Positions 18,914 through 28,866 of a stretch of DNA of 64,000 nucleotides are shown here, one piece after another (position 1 is the stretch's first letter; each line of letters begins with the position of its first letter). The stretch covers positions 196,620-260,619 of the forward strand of contig BEHV01000001.1 of assembly GCA_002898315.1 (NCBI GenBank), given 5' to 3'. The notes under the pieces were generated by a model. It saw nothing but the letters and a program-made list of their open reading frames with translations. It did not search any database and was not told where the DNA came from. Made by a program: the position numbers and the translations under genes. Source of the stretch: a bacterium HR19 (GTDB taxonomy: Bacteria > Calescibacteriota > Calescibacteriia > Calescibacteriales > Calescibacteriaceae).

Positions 18914-20743
18914 TCACACAACAAGCTTTGTGACAACTCCATGAAGTTTCACAGGAGGAAAATTATAAAATGTCTCAAAAGATGGAGCTAATTTCTTGAT
19001 GATTGAGTAGAACTTCACCAAAGGATTTTTCGTTATTATATCCTCTATTCCATAGAATATGACCACAGGTTTTATATCATATTCCTGAAATATCTTTGCA
19101 ACATCAACAAACTCCATATATCCGTGTTCTATGATGAAAATTTTGAGTCCGTTTCCTACATCTGTGAGATAAACTTCAACACCATATGGTTTTCCTGACT
19201 CTCTTACAGACATCAGAATGTTTTCTTCGTAGATTATACCTTGACCTATTATGTTCATAACATAAGGAGGGATTCTGTTCGTATCTCTCACAAGAAATAT
19301 CGCAGTTCCCTTTATCTTATTTTTTATGAGTTCGGAATAAATCTTCTGGTAAAGTTCAAGAAAAGCATAGTAATCCATCGGAGAAAGTGCTTTTGCGATT
19401 TTTTCTCCCCCAAGCTTGAAAACCATCATAACAGCAAAAGGTACAGAAGCAACAGCAACCGATACATATCCACCATGAGGAATTTTCGTTGATGTAGCAA
19501 CAAGATATAAAAGAGATGAAAAAACACAGAGCAGAGAAAGGAGAAAAAACAAAATTTCTTTCTCGCGCCAAAAAATAAGAGATAAACTGATAGCAGTAAA
19601 AGCTATAACCACATTTACAGAAAATCCATACGCATGCCCAAGATTTTCAGAAGTCCTAAAAATAAACATTACAAGAAGAATAACCGAAAATAAAATCCAG
19701 TTCATCTGCGGAATATATATCTGTCCGTACAAATGAGGAGATTTATGCTCAACACGAACACGAGGGAAAATATGAATAACTATACTCTGATATATTATTG
19801 AAAAGAAAGCAGTTATGACCGACTGTGAAGCTATGACAGTAGCAAGAGATGACAAAAAAACAAAGGGAACATAAAGAGTATCTGATATTTCTTTTGCTAA
19901 GCCGAAAAATACGAGTTCTGTTTTAGAATGAGAGAGAACAAAAGCTCCTTGCCCCAGGTAATTCAAAATCAGCGAAGGGAAAACAAAGAAAAACCAAGAT
20001 TTTCTTATAGGGCTTACTCCTAAATGACCTATATCTGCGTAGAGAGCTTCTGCTCCTGTCACAGAAAGAATAGTTCCAGATAAAGCTAAAATGCCCTCAA
20101 ATTTGTTATCAAGAAGGAACTTTATCGCAAAATAAGGATTCAAAGCTAAAAGCACCTTCGGTTCTTTCAAGATGAATATGATACCAAAAATGCCCAGAGC
20201 CAAAAACCAAACAAACATCACAGGAGAGAACAAAAAAGATATTTTCCCTGCTCCTCCGCGCTGAATAAGAAAAAGTAAAAAGCAGATCACAACAGACAAC
20301 AAAACAACAGTTCCCTGATCTATTTCATAAGCTAATTTCAGACCCTCATTAGCTGAAATAATACTTATCGCAGGAGTTATAACAGAATCACCGATGAAAA
20401 ATGAGATGACAAGAATAAGAATAAAAATAAAGTATCTGTCAAAAAACTTTTTCCCTCTGAAACGAGAGACGAGAAACCTATAAAGTATAATAACCCCTCC
20501 TTCACCCCTTATGCTGAACTTCATCGCTAAATAAGCATATTGAATAGATGAAATTATAACAAGAGTCCAGAATATCAGCGAAATAACACCTAAAACATTC
20601 TGAAAAGTTGGCTTGACCATGCTAAAAACTATTGAGAGAGTATAAATTGGACTCGTACCTATATCTCCAAAAACAACGCCTATTGGTTTCAAATTAGAAA
20701 AAAGAGGAGTTAAGAAACCTGATTTATTTCCTTGCTCATTCAT
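18914..20743 (-). CDS. kup: KUP/HAK/KT potassium uptake transporter
   Basis: GDIGTSPIY signature, ~12 TM helices, and a C-terminal cytoplasmic domain. Confidence 0.85.
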   Translation of the reverse strand: MNEQGNKSGFLTPLFSNLKPIGVVFGDIGTSPIYTLSIVFSMVKPTFQNVLGVISLIFWTLVIISSIQYAYLAMKFSIRGEGGVIILYRFLVSRFRGKKFFDRYFIFILILVISFFIGDSVITPAISIISANEGLKLAYEIDQGTVVLLSVVICFLLFLIQRGGAGKISFLFSPVMFVWFLALGIFGIIFILKEPKVLLALNPYFAIKFLLDNKFEGILALSGTILSVTGAEALYADIGHLGVSPIRKSWFFFVFPSLILNYLGQGAFVLSHSKTELVFFGLAKEISDTLYVPFVFLSSLATVIASQSVITAFFSIIYQSIVIHIFPRVRVEHKSPHLYGQIYIPQMNWILFSVILLVMFIFRTSENLGHAYGFSVNVVIAFTAISLSLIFWREKEILFFLLSLLCVFSSLLYLVATSTKIPHGGYVSVAVASVPFAVMMVFKLGGEKIAKALSPMDYYAFLELYQKIYSELIKNKIKGTAIFLVRDTNRIPPYVMNIIGQGIIYEENILMSVRESGKPYGVEVYLTDVGNGLKIFIIEHGYMEFVDVAKIFQEYDIKPVVIFYGIEDIITKNPLVKFYSIIKKLAPSFETFYNFPPVKLHGVVTKLVV

Positions 20744-20782
20744 AAATTAAACCATTCTCTTTTTCTTTATCTTTTATTGCAG

Positions 20783-21448
20783 TTAAGAAAAAAGGATGTT
20801 TTTTATTTTTTTCCAGTTTATTCTGCTTAAACGCTGAGCAAGATCAAAATTTTGGGATGGAGAAAAAGGTATCGAACCCAAAAATTTTTCACCGAGAATC
20901 TTTTTGAGAACCTGCTCGTTCGTTTTTTCAGCAATGGTCTTTGGTTTCCTCTGATAGTTCAGAACAACCCCGACAACATTTATTTTTCTCTTTTCAGCAA
21001 CCTCAACCGTCATAAGAGTATGATTTATCACTCCAAGGTAAGATGATGCGACAATGATCAAGGGTATTTTGAACTCTGCTATTAGGTCTGCCCAAGTGTA
21101 AAGTGGATTATCTGTAAGTGGGACGAGCAAACCACCGGCACCCTCTATTACAACCCCATACTTACCACCTATATCCTCTAATTTTCTCTTTATCTTAGAT
21201 ATTTGAATTTTTTTCTTTGAGAGTTTCGCAGAAAGATGAGGTGATGCGGGAGCGTAAAAGTGATATACAGGTGGCTCTGAAAAGTCAGCTATCTTTGAGC
21301 ATAAAGAATAATCCTGCGGTTTTCTCCCACCTGTTTCAACCGGCTTGAAGTAAAAAGTTCCCATCCCTTTGAATTTTCTGAGAAGGACTGCGCAGAAAAA
21401 AGTTTTGCCAACCTCAGTCCCGACCCCGCTTACAAAAATCCTTCCCAC
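20783..21448 (-). CDS. bioD: ATP-dependent dethiobiotin synthetase
   Basis: IFVSGVGTEVGKTFF P-loop and BioD-like length (221 aa). Confidence 0.75.
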   Translation of the reverse strand: MGRIFVSGVGTEVGKTFFCAVLLRKFKGMGTFYFKPVETGGRKPQDYSLCSKIADFSEPPVYHFYAPASPHLSAKLSKKKIQISKIKRKLEDIGGKYGVVIEGAGGLLVPLTDNPLYTWADLIAEFKIPLIIVASSYLGVINHTLMTVEVAEKRKINVVGVVLNYQRKPKTIAEKTNEQVLKKILGEKFLGSIPFSPSQNFDLAQRLSRINWKKIKNILFS

Positions 21449-21468
21449 TCCACCAAAATTAATTTTCC

Positions 21469-22677
21469 TCAGACCCTGTTTGAGATTTTTCTGAAAGATA
21501 GATCAACGAGTTTTCTCGCAACTTCTCTTTTGTGAACCAATCCAAGTTTATTTTCTTTCAACTCTCCGCTTTCAAAGTAGAAAATTGTGAAATCACCTCT
21601 TTCGCTTCCGAAAGAATCGGTTGAGTTAGCAACAATAAAATCAAGTTTTTTCTCCCGAAGTTTTCTTACAGAGTTCTCTTTTATGTTTTCTACTTCAAGC
21701 GAGAACCCGATCTTTATAGGACAATCAACATAAGATATTATATCTTTTGTTTTTGTAAGTTCAACTATAAGTTTTCCTCCTTCTATACTTTCTTTTTTTA
21801 TTTTTCCTTTCACTTTGCGTGCGGGTGTGAAATCAGAAACAGCAGAAGTTCCAACGAAAACATCGGCAGGCAAAGAGCGCATTACCTCATTATACATATC
21901 GTCTGCTGAAATAACTCTTGAAACAGAACAGAAATCCAAAGAATCAAAAATATCTCCCCCGGTTATCAGCTTTACTTCAGCTCCCGCCAAACTGAACTCC
22001 CTCGCAACTAAATAACCCATAAAACCAGATGAAGAGTTTGAAATAAATCTTATATCGTCTATAAACTCTTTCGTAGGACCTGCGGTCACGATGACTTTTC
22101 TGCCAGCAAAATTCTTCTGATTCAGAGCATATTCGCACCAGAAAAAAATCCTTGAAAAGCTCGGATATCTTCCCTCACCTTTCTCTCCACATGCCAGATC
22201 TCCTTCCTCCGGCTCAACAACAATATAACCTCTTTCCCTGAGCTTTTTTATGTTCTCCTGTGTAGCTGGATTTTTAAGCATAGCCCAGTTCATAGACGGA
22301 ACGATAACACATGGAGAAGTTGATGCAATAAACATGGTGGTGATCATGGTGTCGCATATTCCATTTGCAAACTTTCCTATGAGGTTTGCAGTCGCAGGCG
22401 CAACAACAAATAAATCAACCGAATGCGGAACTGTAATATGCTCCATACCTTCAATGTCAATAAAAACTTTTTCTCCCGTTAGAGCTTCTAAAAGTTCTTT
22501 TCCTATAAATCTTGAAGCTGTGTGTGTCATCACCACCCTAACACTCGCCCCTGCCCTCTGAAAAATACGAAGAAGTTCAATAGATTTATAAGCTGCTACT
22601 CCCCCACCTATACCAAGAAGAACTTTTTTCCCTCTGAGGTTAGATGTCTCTACAATTTCATCAAACCACCACATCAA
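21469..22677 (-). CDS. coaBC: Bifunctional phosphopantothenoylcysteine decarboxylase / phosphopantothenate-cysteine ligase
   Basis: N-terminal flavoprotein (KKVLLGIGGGVAAYK...PAMN-like) and C-terminal DFP ligase domain (VTAGPT...ISNSSSG). Confidence 0.85.
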   Translation of the reverse strand: MMWWFDEIVETSNLRGKKVLLGIGGGVAAYKSIELLRIFQRAGASVRVVMTHTASRFIGKELLEALTGEKVFIDIEGMEHITVPHSVDLFVVAPATANLIGKFANGICDTMITTMFIASTSPCVIVPSMNWAMLKNPATQENIKKLRERGYIVVEPEEGDLACGEKGEGRYPSFSRIFFWCEYALNQKNFAGRKVIVTAGPTKEFIDDIRFISNSSSGFMGYLVAREFSLAGAEVKLITGGDIFDSLDFCSVSRVISADDMYNEVMRSLPADVFVGTSAVSDFTPARKVKGKIKKESIEGGKLIVELTKTKDIISYVDCPIKIGFSLEVENIKENSVRKLREKKLDFIVANSTDSFGSERGDFTIFYFESGELKENKLGLVHKREVARKLVDLSFRKISNRV

Positions 22678-22704
22678 ATATATCTTAAAAACTCCTTGGC
22701 AAAG

Positions 22705-24393
22705 TTACCCTATCTCTTCAATAGTGTTTGTATCTTTCCTGACTCTGAACTTTTTGAGAAGTATTTTTTCTGTTTTTTCAACTTCTGGCTCCTCTATTGA
22801 AGATACACGCCAGAACTCAACAACTATTTCATCAGGAGTAACATCACATATCGCATAACCATGATAATGAGAGTTGAAAAATTTGAGATTTCTATTAAAT
22901 TCCAGCAATTTATTTTCTATGCTCTCAAGGGTTTTTTCGTCCAATCTTAGCAACGAACCGAGATTAGCAGATGTTATTGAAGTTGCGGTAAATTCAACTC
23001 CGACTTTTTCTTTTGGGTTAAAAAAGTCATCATAAAGCTCACCCGCAACAAAAGTGTGAAGGTCGCCCGTTACAGCAACATAATTTTTTATCTGTTTCTC
23101 TTTTATGAAGTTAAATATTTTTTTCCTCTCACCATCATATCCATCCCACTGGTCAAGATTCAGATATGAAATCTGACCCGTACTGGAGGTTCCGAAAATC
23201 ATCTGACTTATACAGACCTCATTTCCGTGAATCTTCCAGATAACCCCGTCTTTATGTGAGCTTTCAAGTTCTTTTAAAAACCAATCAAGCTGCTCCGGAC
23301 CAAGCACAGTGGTTTCTTCCATCTTTCCACAAAAAGCAGCAAGGTATCTTTGTCCAACTGTTCCTTCTCCACATGGGTGAGGAGACCTGTAAAGTCGCTC
23401 ATCGGTCATTATCAATCTCATAAGAGTTCCAAATTCAAACTTTCTGAAAATTTTTATCTGTTTGAGTGGGTCTTGCTCGGTTGGGTTAAAATAAACATCA
23501 GCCGGCATGTATTCATACCACGCACGAGATGCGTCTAACCTTCTTTTTATCTGCTCATCAGAACCAAAAAAATCCTTACCGCTATCAGGGGAGAGAGATT
23601 TTGCCGAATCGTTTGCAAACTCGTGGTCATCCCAAATTATGTAGAACGGAAAACTCTCGTGGACCGCTTGTAGATACCTATCAGACCTATAAACTTTGTA
23701 AAGCGCTCTGTAATCGCTCAGTTCATAAGCGGTTTTTCTCCCAGACGGAAGCTCAAACTGCCTCAGCTGAGCATATTGAAACGTTGGAGCTGAAATGGTC
23801 TCGTATATGTAATCGCCAAGATGGACGACGAAATCTATATTTTCTTTTGATAGATGATAGAAAGCCGAGTAAAATCCGTTAGAGTAATCCTGGCATGAAA
23901 TAAAGGCAAAGCGAATTCTATCTGGATTTTTCTCAATTGTTTTGAAAGTTCCAACAGGAGAAGACAAGTTATCTTTCAAAAATCTGTAATAGTATCTTTT
24001 TCCCGGAGGTAAGTTTTCTATCTTTTTTTTCAATGTAAAGTCATCGTCAGCTTTTGGAGTAAGGACATCTTGAAAGATGATATTGCTGAAAACTTTGCTT
24101 TCGGAAACTTGAACAACAATCGGTGAAGTATCGCCAGCAGTTCTCGTCCAGAGAACAACAGAGCTTTGAGTAATATCACCCGAGGCGACAGATTGGGGGA
24201 AAAGCTCGTAGGAGATTTTCATCCCACCATTCGAAGATGTACCGCAACCCAATCCTGAAAGGAAAGAAGATACCGGAAAGAACCTCAGAAGCCAAACCGC
24301 GCCTGTTGTTTTAGCAAGAAAAAGAATAAACTCCCTCTTTTCTCTATCTATTTCAGATTTTTTGTTCTGGTTCATAGAAAAAATTTTTAGCAA
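22705..24393 (-). CDS. phoD: PhoD-like alkaline phosphatase/phosphodiesterase with a Tat-like signal (KREFILFLAKTTGAV)
   Basis: PhoD metallophosphatase motifs (FAFISCQDY...HLGDYIYE...WDDHEFANDS...GDLH). Confidence 0.75.
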   Translation of the reverse strand: MLKIFSMNQNKKSEIDREKREFILFLAKTTGAVWLLRFFPVSSFLSGLGCGTSSNGGMKISYELFPQSVASGDITQSSVVLWTRTAGDTSPIVVQVSESKVFSNIIFQDVLTPKADDDFTLKKKIENLPPGKRYYYRFLKDNLSSPVGTFKTIEKNPDRIRFAFISCQDYSNGFYSAFYHLSKENIDFVVHLGDYIYETISAPTFQYAQLRQFELPSGRKTAYELSDYRALYKVYRSDRYLQAVHESFPFYIIWDDHEFANDSAKSLSPDSGKDFFGSDEQIKRRLDASRAWYEYMPADVYFNPTEQDPLKQIKIFRKFEFGTLMRLIMTDERLYRSPHPCGEGTVGQRYLAAFCGKMEETTVLGPEQLDWFLKELESSHKDGVIWKIHGNEVCISQMIFGTSSTGQISYLNLDQWDGYDGERKKIFNFIKEKQIKNYVAVTGDLHTFVAGELYDDFFNPKEKVGVEFTATSITSANLGSLLRLDEKTLESIENKLLEFNRNLKFFNSHYHGYAICDVTPDEIVVEFWRVSSIEEPEVEKTEKILLKKFRVRKDTNTIEEIG

Positions 24394-24463
24394 AAATCAC
24401 AGAAGAAAAATTTAAACAAAAGTTGTAAAAATTTCTCGTGAGACACAAAAATATAGAGAGTTT

Positions 24464-25339
24464 ATGGTCAGCTTTCGTGAGAAGATAGAAAAAGGAGATA
24501 GGTTTCTGATAACCTGTGAAATATCTCCGCCCCGAGGTCCAAACACAGAATCATTTGAGGAAAGGTTAAAAGAAGTCAGAGGTAAAGTTGATGCAGTAAA
24601 TCTCACAGATAATCCTATGCTTTCTGTAAGAATGACACCTGTCGTTGCATCACTTTTTGCTATAAAAAATGGCGTAGAACCCATAATGCAGATAACGTGC
24701 AGAGATAGGAACATACTCGGAATAACATCTGACCTCATAGGCGCGTGGGCAATAGGAGTGAGAAATGTTCTCGCTCTGTGGGGAGATATGCCAAAAGATG
24801 GAAAACCAAAAGGGGTGTTTGAGGTAGATACCACAGAACTCATAAAACTTATAACAGGTTTAGGAAAAGGTTTAGATTTCAGAGGTAATGAGATAAACGG
24901 TAAGTGTGATTTTTTCGTAGGCGCAGCTTTGAATCCATTTGACGAAGCAGAAAAACTAAAAGAAAATGCTGAAAAGAAAATTTCAGCAGGAGCCAGATTT
25001 TTCCAGACACAACCAATATTTGACATAAAAAGCATAACTCAATTTGCAGATTTCGTTTATGAAAACAAAATCAAAGTTCTTCTGGGAGTGATAATAACTC
25101 CTTCTGAAAAAACACTTGAAAACATAAAAAAGTTCGCAAAGGGAATGGTTATACCAGAAGAACTTGAGGAAAACCTGAAAAAATACGAAAGCAAAGAAGA
25201 TAAAGAAAAGGTCGCTGTTGAATTCTGCTCAAAACTTATAGAGAAAATAAAACAAATCAAAGTTTTCAGAGGTGTTCATATTTACAGCCCAGCAAAAGAA
25301 TCACTTATAGGAAAACTTCTTGAAATCCTACCGAAATAA
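24464..25339 (+). CDS. metF: 5,10-methylenetetrahydrofolate reductase
   Basis: FLITCEISPPRG...VNLTDNP...ITCRDRN...ALWGD match the MetF motifs. Confidence 0.8.
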   Translation: MVSFREKIEKGDRFLITCEISPPRGPNTESFEERLKEVRGKVDAVNLTDNPMLSVRMTPVVASLFAIKNGVEPIMQITCRDRNILGITSDLIGAWAIGVRNVLALWGDMPKDGKPKGVFEVDTTELIKLITGLGKGLDFRGNEINGKCDFFVGAALNPFDEAEKLKENAEKKISAGARFFQTQPIFDIKSITQFADFVYENKIKVLLGVIITPSEKTLENIKKFAKGMVIPEELEENLKKYESKEDKEKVAVEFCSKLIEKIKQIKVFRGVHIYSPAKESLIGKLLEILPK

Positions 25340-25354
25340 TAGATGAGAGAAAGT

Positions 25355-26764
25355 TTAATTTGAAATCACTCTCTCTGGAAGCCCTATTTTCACCGCTTTG
25401 ACTCTTGACTCAGAAATCTTTTCAAAAAGTTTCCGAATCATATATGAAAGTTTTTCGCTCTCTTTTTCTCGGAGATTATTTTTCTCATCTGGCAATCTGT
25501 ATAGCTCAAATACATCGTAAGGGAAATCTCCCGAGAAGTTAGAATAGATGATTTTGTAATTATCTTCTATAAGAGCAAATACTCTTTTCCATTTTTCATT
25601 TTCTTTGCACTGCCAACCGCAAGGAGATGACTCTGCAAAAACCACTCTTTTACCGACATCTTTCACCTTTACTCTGTTTTTCTTTCTGTCAAAAGAAACC
25701 AGGGAAACACCATCTGTATCAAAATCGCTTTTTTTGACCCCAAGTATCTCAAGCAGTGTTGGCATTATATCCACCTGCGATGCTAAAACATCAACATCTA
25801 ATCTTTCTATTCCGGGAACTCTTATTATAAGCGGGATTTTTAAGATTTCTTCGTATAATGAAGAGTTCCGGGAAGTTGATGCGTGTCCAACCCAACCATG
25901 CTCAAAAAGTTCCTCGCCATGATCAGCTGTTATAACAACAACAGTTTTATCATATATTCCAAGCTCTTTCAGAAGATTTATTATTTTCCCAACTTCGTCA
26001 TCTTGTCTCCTCAAATCAGCGTCATATAAAAGCTTCACATATTCTATCTCATCTTCACTGAGCTCAATCTTTTCAGATTCTTTGTAAACTGTTTTCTTTT
26101 CCAAGATAGGTTTTAATTTCTCATAATTTACATTTTTGAGATTTATTTTTGATTCCGAAAGAAAAAGGTTGATATACTCCTCGGGAGGGTCATAAGGTAG
26201 GTGAGGACCTCTGAGATGGAACCAGACAAAAAAAGTTTCATCTTTATGCTTTTTGAGAAAATCAAATATATTATTCCCAGAGAATTCAAATCCTAAATTT
26301 CCGATTGTATCGCCGGTCCAGTGTTCTGCGTATGTTCTCCAGCCATTTTCTCTCAATGCCTCAACAGGAGTTTTTATATTCTGGTTGAGGACAAGTCCTC
26401 TGACGAGAACCCCGTGCGTAGTAGGAAATAGAGAAGAGAATATTGAAACAAGTGAAGGAGAAGTCCATCCGGAAACCGCATAGAATTTCCTGAAAACGAT
26501 TCCTTCTTCTGCAAGTTCATCTATATTGGGAGTCGTCTTTCTCTTATTTCCGTAGCATGAAAGGTTTTCCGCCCTCAGACTATCTATTGTCAGGAAAAGA
26601 ACTTTGAATTTCTCATCTGGTAAAGCTTTTCCGAAAGGTAGAGCAATAAAAGCCACAAAAAACATAAACTTAAAAAGTAAAAAAGAAAAATTCCAGAACA
26701 TTCTTGGAATAATTCCTTTACTCATAGGGAAAAATTTTATTTTTAAATTCAGATCAGATTTCAA
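25355..26764 (-). CDS. Alkaline-phosphatase-superfamily (sulfatase-like) hydrolase/transferase with an N-terminal membrane anchor
   Basis: The sulfatase fold (VVITADHGEELFEHGWVGH) is present. The nucleophile region is GWTSPS rather than the C/S-x-P-x-R fGly motif, pointing to a Thr/Ser-type enzyme. Confidence 0.6.
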   Translation of the reverse strand: MKSDLNLKIKFFPMSKGIIPRMFWNFSFLLFKFMFFVAFIALPFGKALPDEKFKVLFLTIDSLRAENLSCYGNKRKTTPNIDELAEEGIVFRKFYAVSGWTSPSLVSIFSSLFPTTHGVLVRGLVLNQNIKTPVEALRENGWRTYAEHWTGDTIGNLGFEFSGNNIFDFLKKHKDETFFVWFHLRGPHLPYDPPEEYINLFLSESKINLKNVNYEKLKPILEKKTVYKESEKIELSEDEIEYVKLLYDADLRRQDDEVGKIINLLKELGIYDKTVVVITADHGEELFEHGWVGHASTSRNSSLYEEILKIPLIIRVPGIERLDVDVLASQVDIMPTLLEILGVKKSDFDTDGVSLVSFDRKKNRVKVKDVGKRVVFAESSPCGWQCKENEKWKRVFALIEDNYKIIYSNFSGDFPYDVFELYRLPDEKNNLREKESEKLSYMIRKLFEKISESRVKAVKIGLPERVISN

Positions 26765-26824
26765 CTTCTAATGAATTGCTTGAATCTTATTTTTTTAATC
26801 TTCTCTGCTCTGAAATAAGCAGAG

Positions 26825-27235
26825 TTATCTTGATGTTTTCTTCTCTATTATTTCTTTTATGGGGTCGTAATCTTTCTTTTCCTCGTCAGGAGCGTTTTTT
26901 GTTTTTTGATACTCTTTGAAATCTGCGACGGGCTTTTGTCTTACCTTCACTTCACCTCCGTTTTCAACAAAACCCTCCTTTCTTTCAACAGAATCTGCAC
27001 TTCTTGAACTCTCCAACTGCTCATCATAATATCGGGGAGTAATGTAATTTTGAATTTTCGTTTCCTTCTTCATCTCTTTTTCCTTAGTTTTTTCTTTTTC
27101 GTTTTGAATACCGCTCAGGACTTCATCTTTCACCTTTATGCATATTTTCCATTTCCCAAAGCTCACATCTAAAAATCTTGAAATTATGAGGGAAAAAATT
27201 CCAAAGAAAACAAGATAGACAAAAAATCTTATCAT
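26825..27235 (-). CDS. Hypothetical membrane-anchored Lys/Glu-rich protein
   Basis: One N-terminal TM helix followed by a charged, disordered-looking tail. No motifs. Confidence 0.35.
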   Translation of the reverse strand: MIRFFVYLVFFGIFSLIISRFLDVSFGKWKICIKVKDEVLSGIQNEKEKTKEKEMKKETKIQNYITPRYYDEQLESSRSADSVERKEGFVENGGEVKVRQKPVADFKEYQKTKNAPDEEKKDYDPIKEIIEKKTSR

Positions 27236-27296
27236 AAATTTGATTTTAAAAATTTGAATATTCTGCCGATTTGCGCAAAATCAAAAAAGTAGAAGA

Positions 27297-27632
27297 TTAT
27301 ATAGCCAAAATGAAAGAGTCATATTGAAGAAAATCATCTTCTATATCTTCAAAGTTTTTTATCTCAAATTCTCCTCCCATATATTTGAGTGCAGATAGAA
27401 ACTCCTCGACTTCGCCCTTCATCTTATCATCTGAAAAATCAAGAGAGACATCAGGAGACAAAACGAGCTTTACTTTATTTCCTCTCAGAGTTATTCCGAG
27501 AGCCATCCTGATTGTTTCAAAAACACGTTTCGGGTCAGAACTATCGGAAATGAAAACAAGGCACCTTCTCATAAAGCATTTTAAATTAAGCAGAAAATAA
27601 AACTTTTCGTAAAAATCGCCACATTTTCTCAC
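27297..27632 (-). CDS. Small hypothetical protein, possibly DsrE/DsrF-like. The start may be the internal Met.
   Basis: The LVFISDSSDP...ALGITLRGNKVKLVL pattern weakly resembles the DsrE/F sulfur-relay fold. Low confidence. Confidence 0.3.
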   Translation of the reverse strand: MRKCGDFYEKFYFLLNLKCFMRRCLVFISDSSDPKRVFETIRMALGITLRGNKVKLVLSPDVSLDFSDDKMKGEVEEFLSALKYMGGEFEIKNFEDIEDDFLQYDSFILAI

Positions 27633-27746
27633 ATCTCAAACTCTCAATACAAAAACGGTTTCAGATTTTCAATCAAGACCGAGAGAACAACTTAAAATTA
27701 ATTTTCTTGATTTGCAGAAATATCTTTTCAACGCTATCGTAAAGAT

Positions 27747-28832
27747 ATGAAAAAAAGGTTTATAATTCTGAGTGATCTTCATCTTGGAGAAGGAAGGATT
27801 GTCAACGGTCAGATAAACTACAAAGAAGATTTTGTATATGATGAAGATTTCTATGAATTTTTAAGGTGGTGGGTAAAAGATTCTCAATCTTCGGGATATG
27901 ATTTTACACTTGTGCTGAACGGAGATATATTTGACATAATAAAATCTATACACAAAAAAGGTAAAGTTTACAAAAAAGATGTTTTTCAGTTCCTTGATAC
28001 TTCTATAAACAATCACAGAATATTTTTCAACGCTTTGAAGGATTTTGAATCAGAAGGTGGGAAAATCATATACATAGTAGGGAATCATGACCATCCTGTC
28101 GCCTCTCCTGAAATTCAGACATTCATATTAGAAAAAGCAGGATTGAAAACAAAGTTTATCAAAAGAGAATTTTTTGAAGATGGTCTGTGGATAGAGCATG
28201 GAAATAAATACGAGGTTATAAACAGAACAGACCTTGTCAATATCTGGCTGAAAGATGAAAGTGGGGAAGAAATCCTTAACATGCCGTGGGGGACAAGATT
28301 TGTGGTGGAAGTTGTAGCTTCATTTGCTTTTGAAAAACCATATCTTGATAGATGGAGACCTCTTGGAAAAGCGATGAAGTGGGGACTGATATTTGACACA
28401 AAGATAACTCTTCTCGCTATAATAAGAATGATAAAATTCGTGATAAAAAATAGAAAAATCTACGACCCAATAAGAAGAAGATATATTTTCATACCTTTAA
28501 GCAGTATCACCGATGCTATGGGACACAAAATTGTAGATAGGTCTGCAAAAATTCTGCTCAAAAGACCAGATATAAAAGCAGTTGTAATGGGACACACTCA
28601 CAAGGCACTCCTTGAAAGATATATAGATAAAGTATATGCAAATTCCGGAACTTGGGTCCCATTCGTATCGTTTGACGCACCATACATAGGAATCGTAGAT
28701 AAAAGAAGTTTTGTCATAGCAGATATACCAGAAAGCAAAAATAATATCTTCATAGGAGCTTTTATATGGCATGGAAGAGAAAGAATGTTTGAAGAGATAA
28801 AAGAAATCAGATACTCTGCTCAAAATCTATGA
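27747..28832 (+). CDS. Calcineurin-like metallophosphoesterase
   Basis: DLHLGEG, NGDIFD, GNHDHP and GHTH motifs. Confidence 0.7.
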   Translation: MKKRFIILSDLHLGEGRIVNGQINYKEDFVYDEDFYEFLRWWVKDSQSSGYDFTLVLNGDIFDIIKSIHKKGKVYKKDVFQFLDTSINNHRIFFNALKDFESEGGKIIYIVGNHDHPVASPEIQTFILEKAGLKTKFIKREFFEDGLWIEHGNKYEVINRTDLVNIWLKDESGEEILNMPWGTRFVVEVVASFAFEKPYLDRWRPLGKAMKWGLIFDTKITLLAIIRMIKFVIKNRKIYDPIRRRYIFIPLSSITDAMGHKIVDRSAKILLKRPDIKAVVMGHTHKALLERYIDKVYANSGTWVPFVSFDAPYIGIVDKRSFVIADIPESKNNIFIGAFIWHGRERMFEEIKEIRYSAQNL

Positions 28833-28866
28833 GAAAATAAAATTTATGTTCTGAACAATTCAGAAG

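Noticed and set aside
24412-25035. 207-aa minus-strand ORF overlapping metF
   Set aside because: Antisense shadow ORF. The metF frame carries clear family motifs.
26765-26824. Short inverted repeat ctctgc...gcagag between two minus-strand genes as an intrinsic terminator
   Set aside because: The T/A-run is on the wrong side for either strand, and the stem is only 6 bp. Not convincing.
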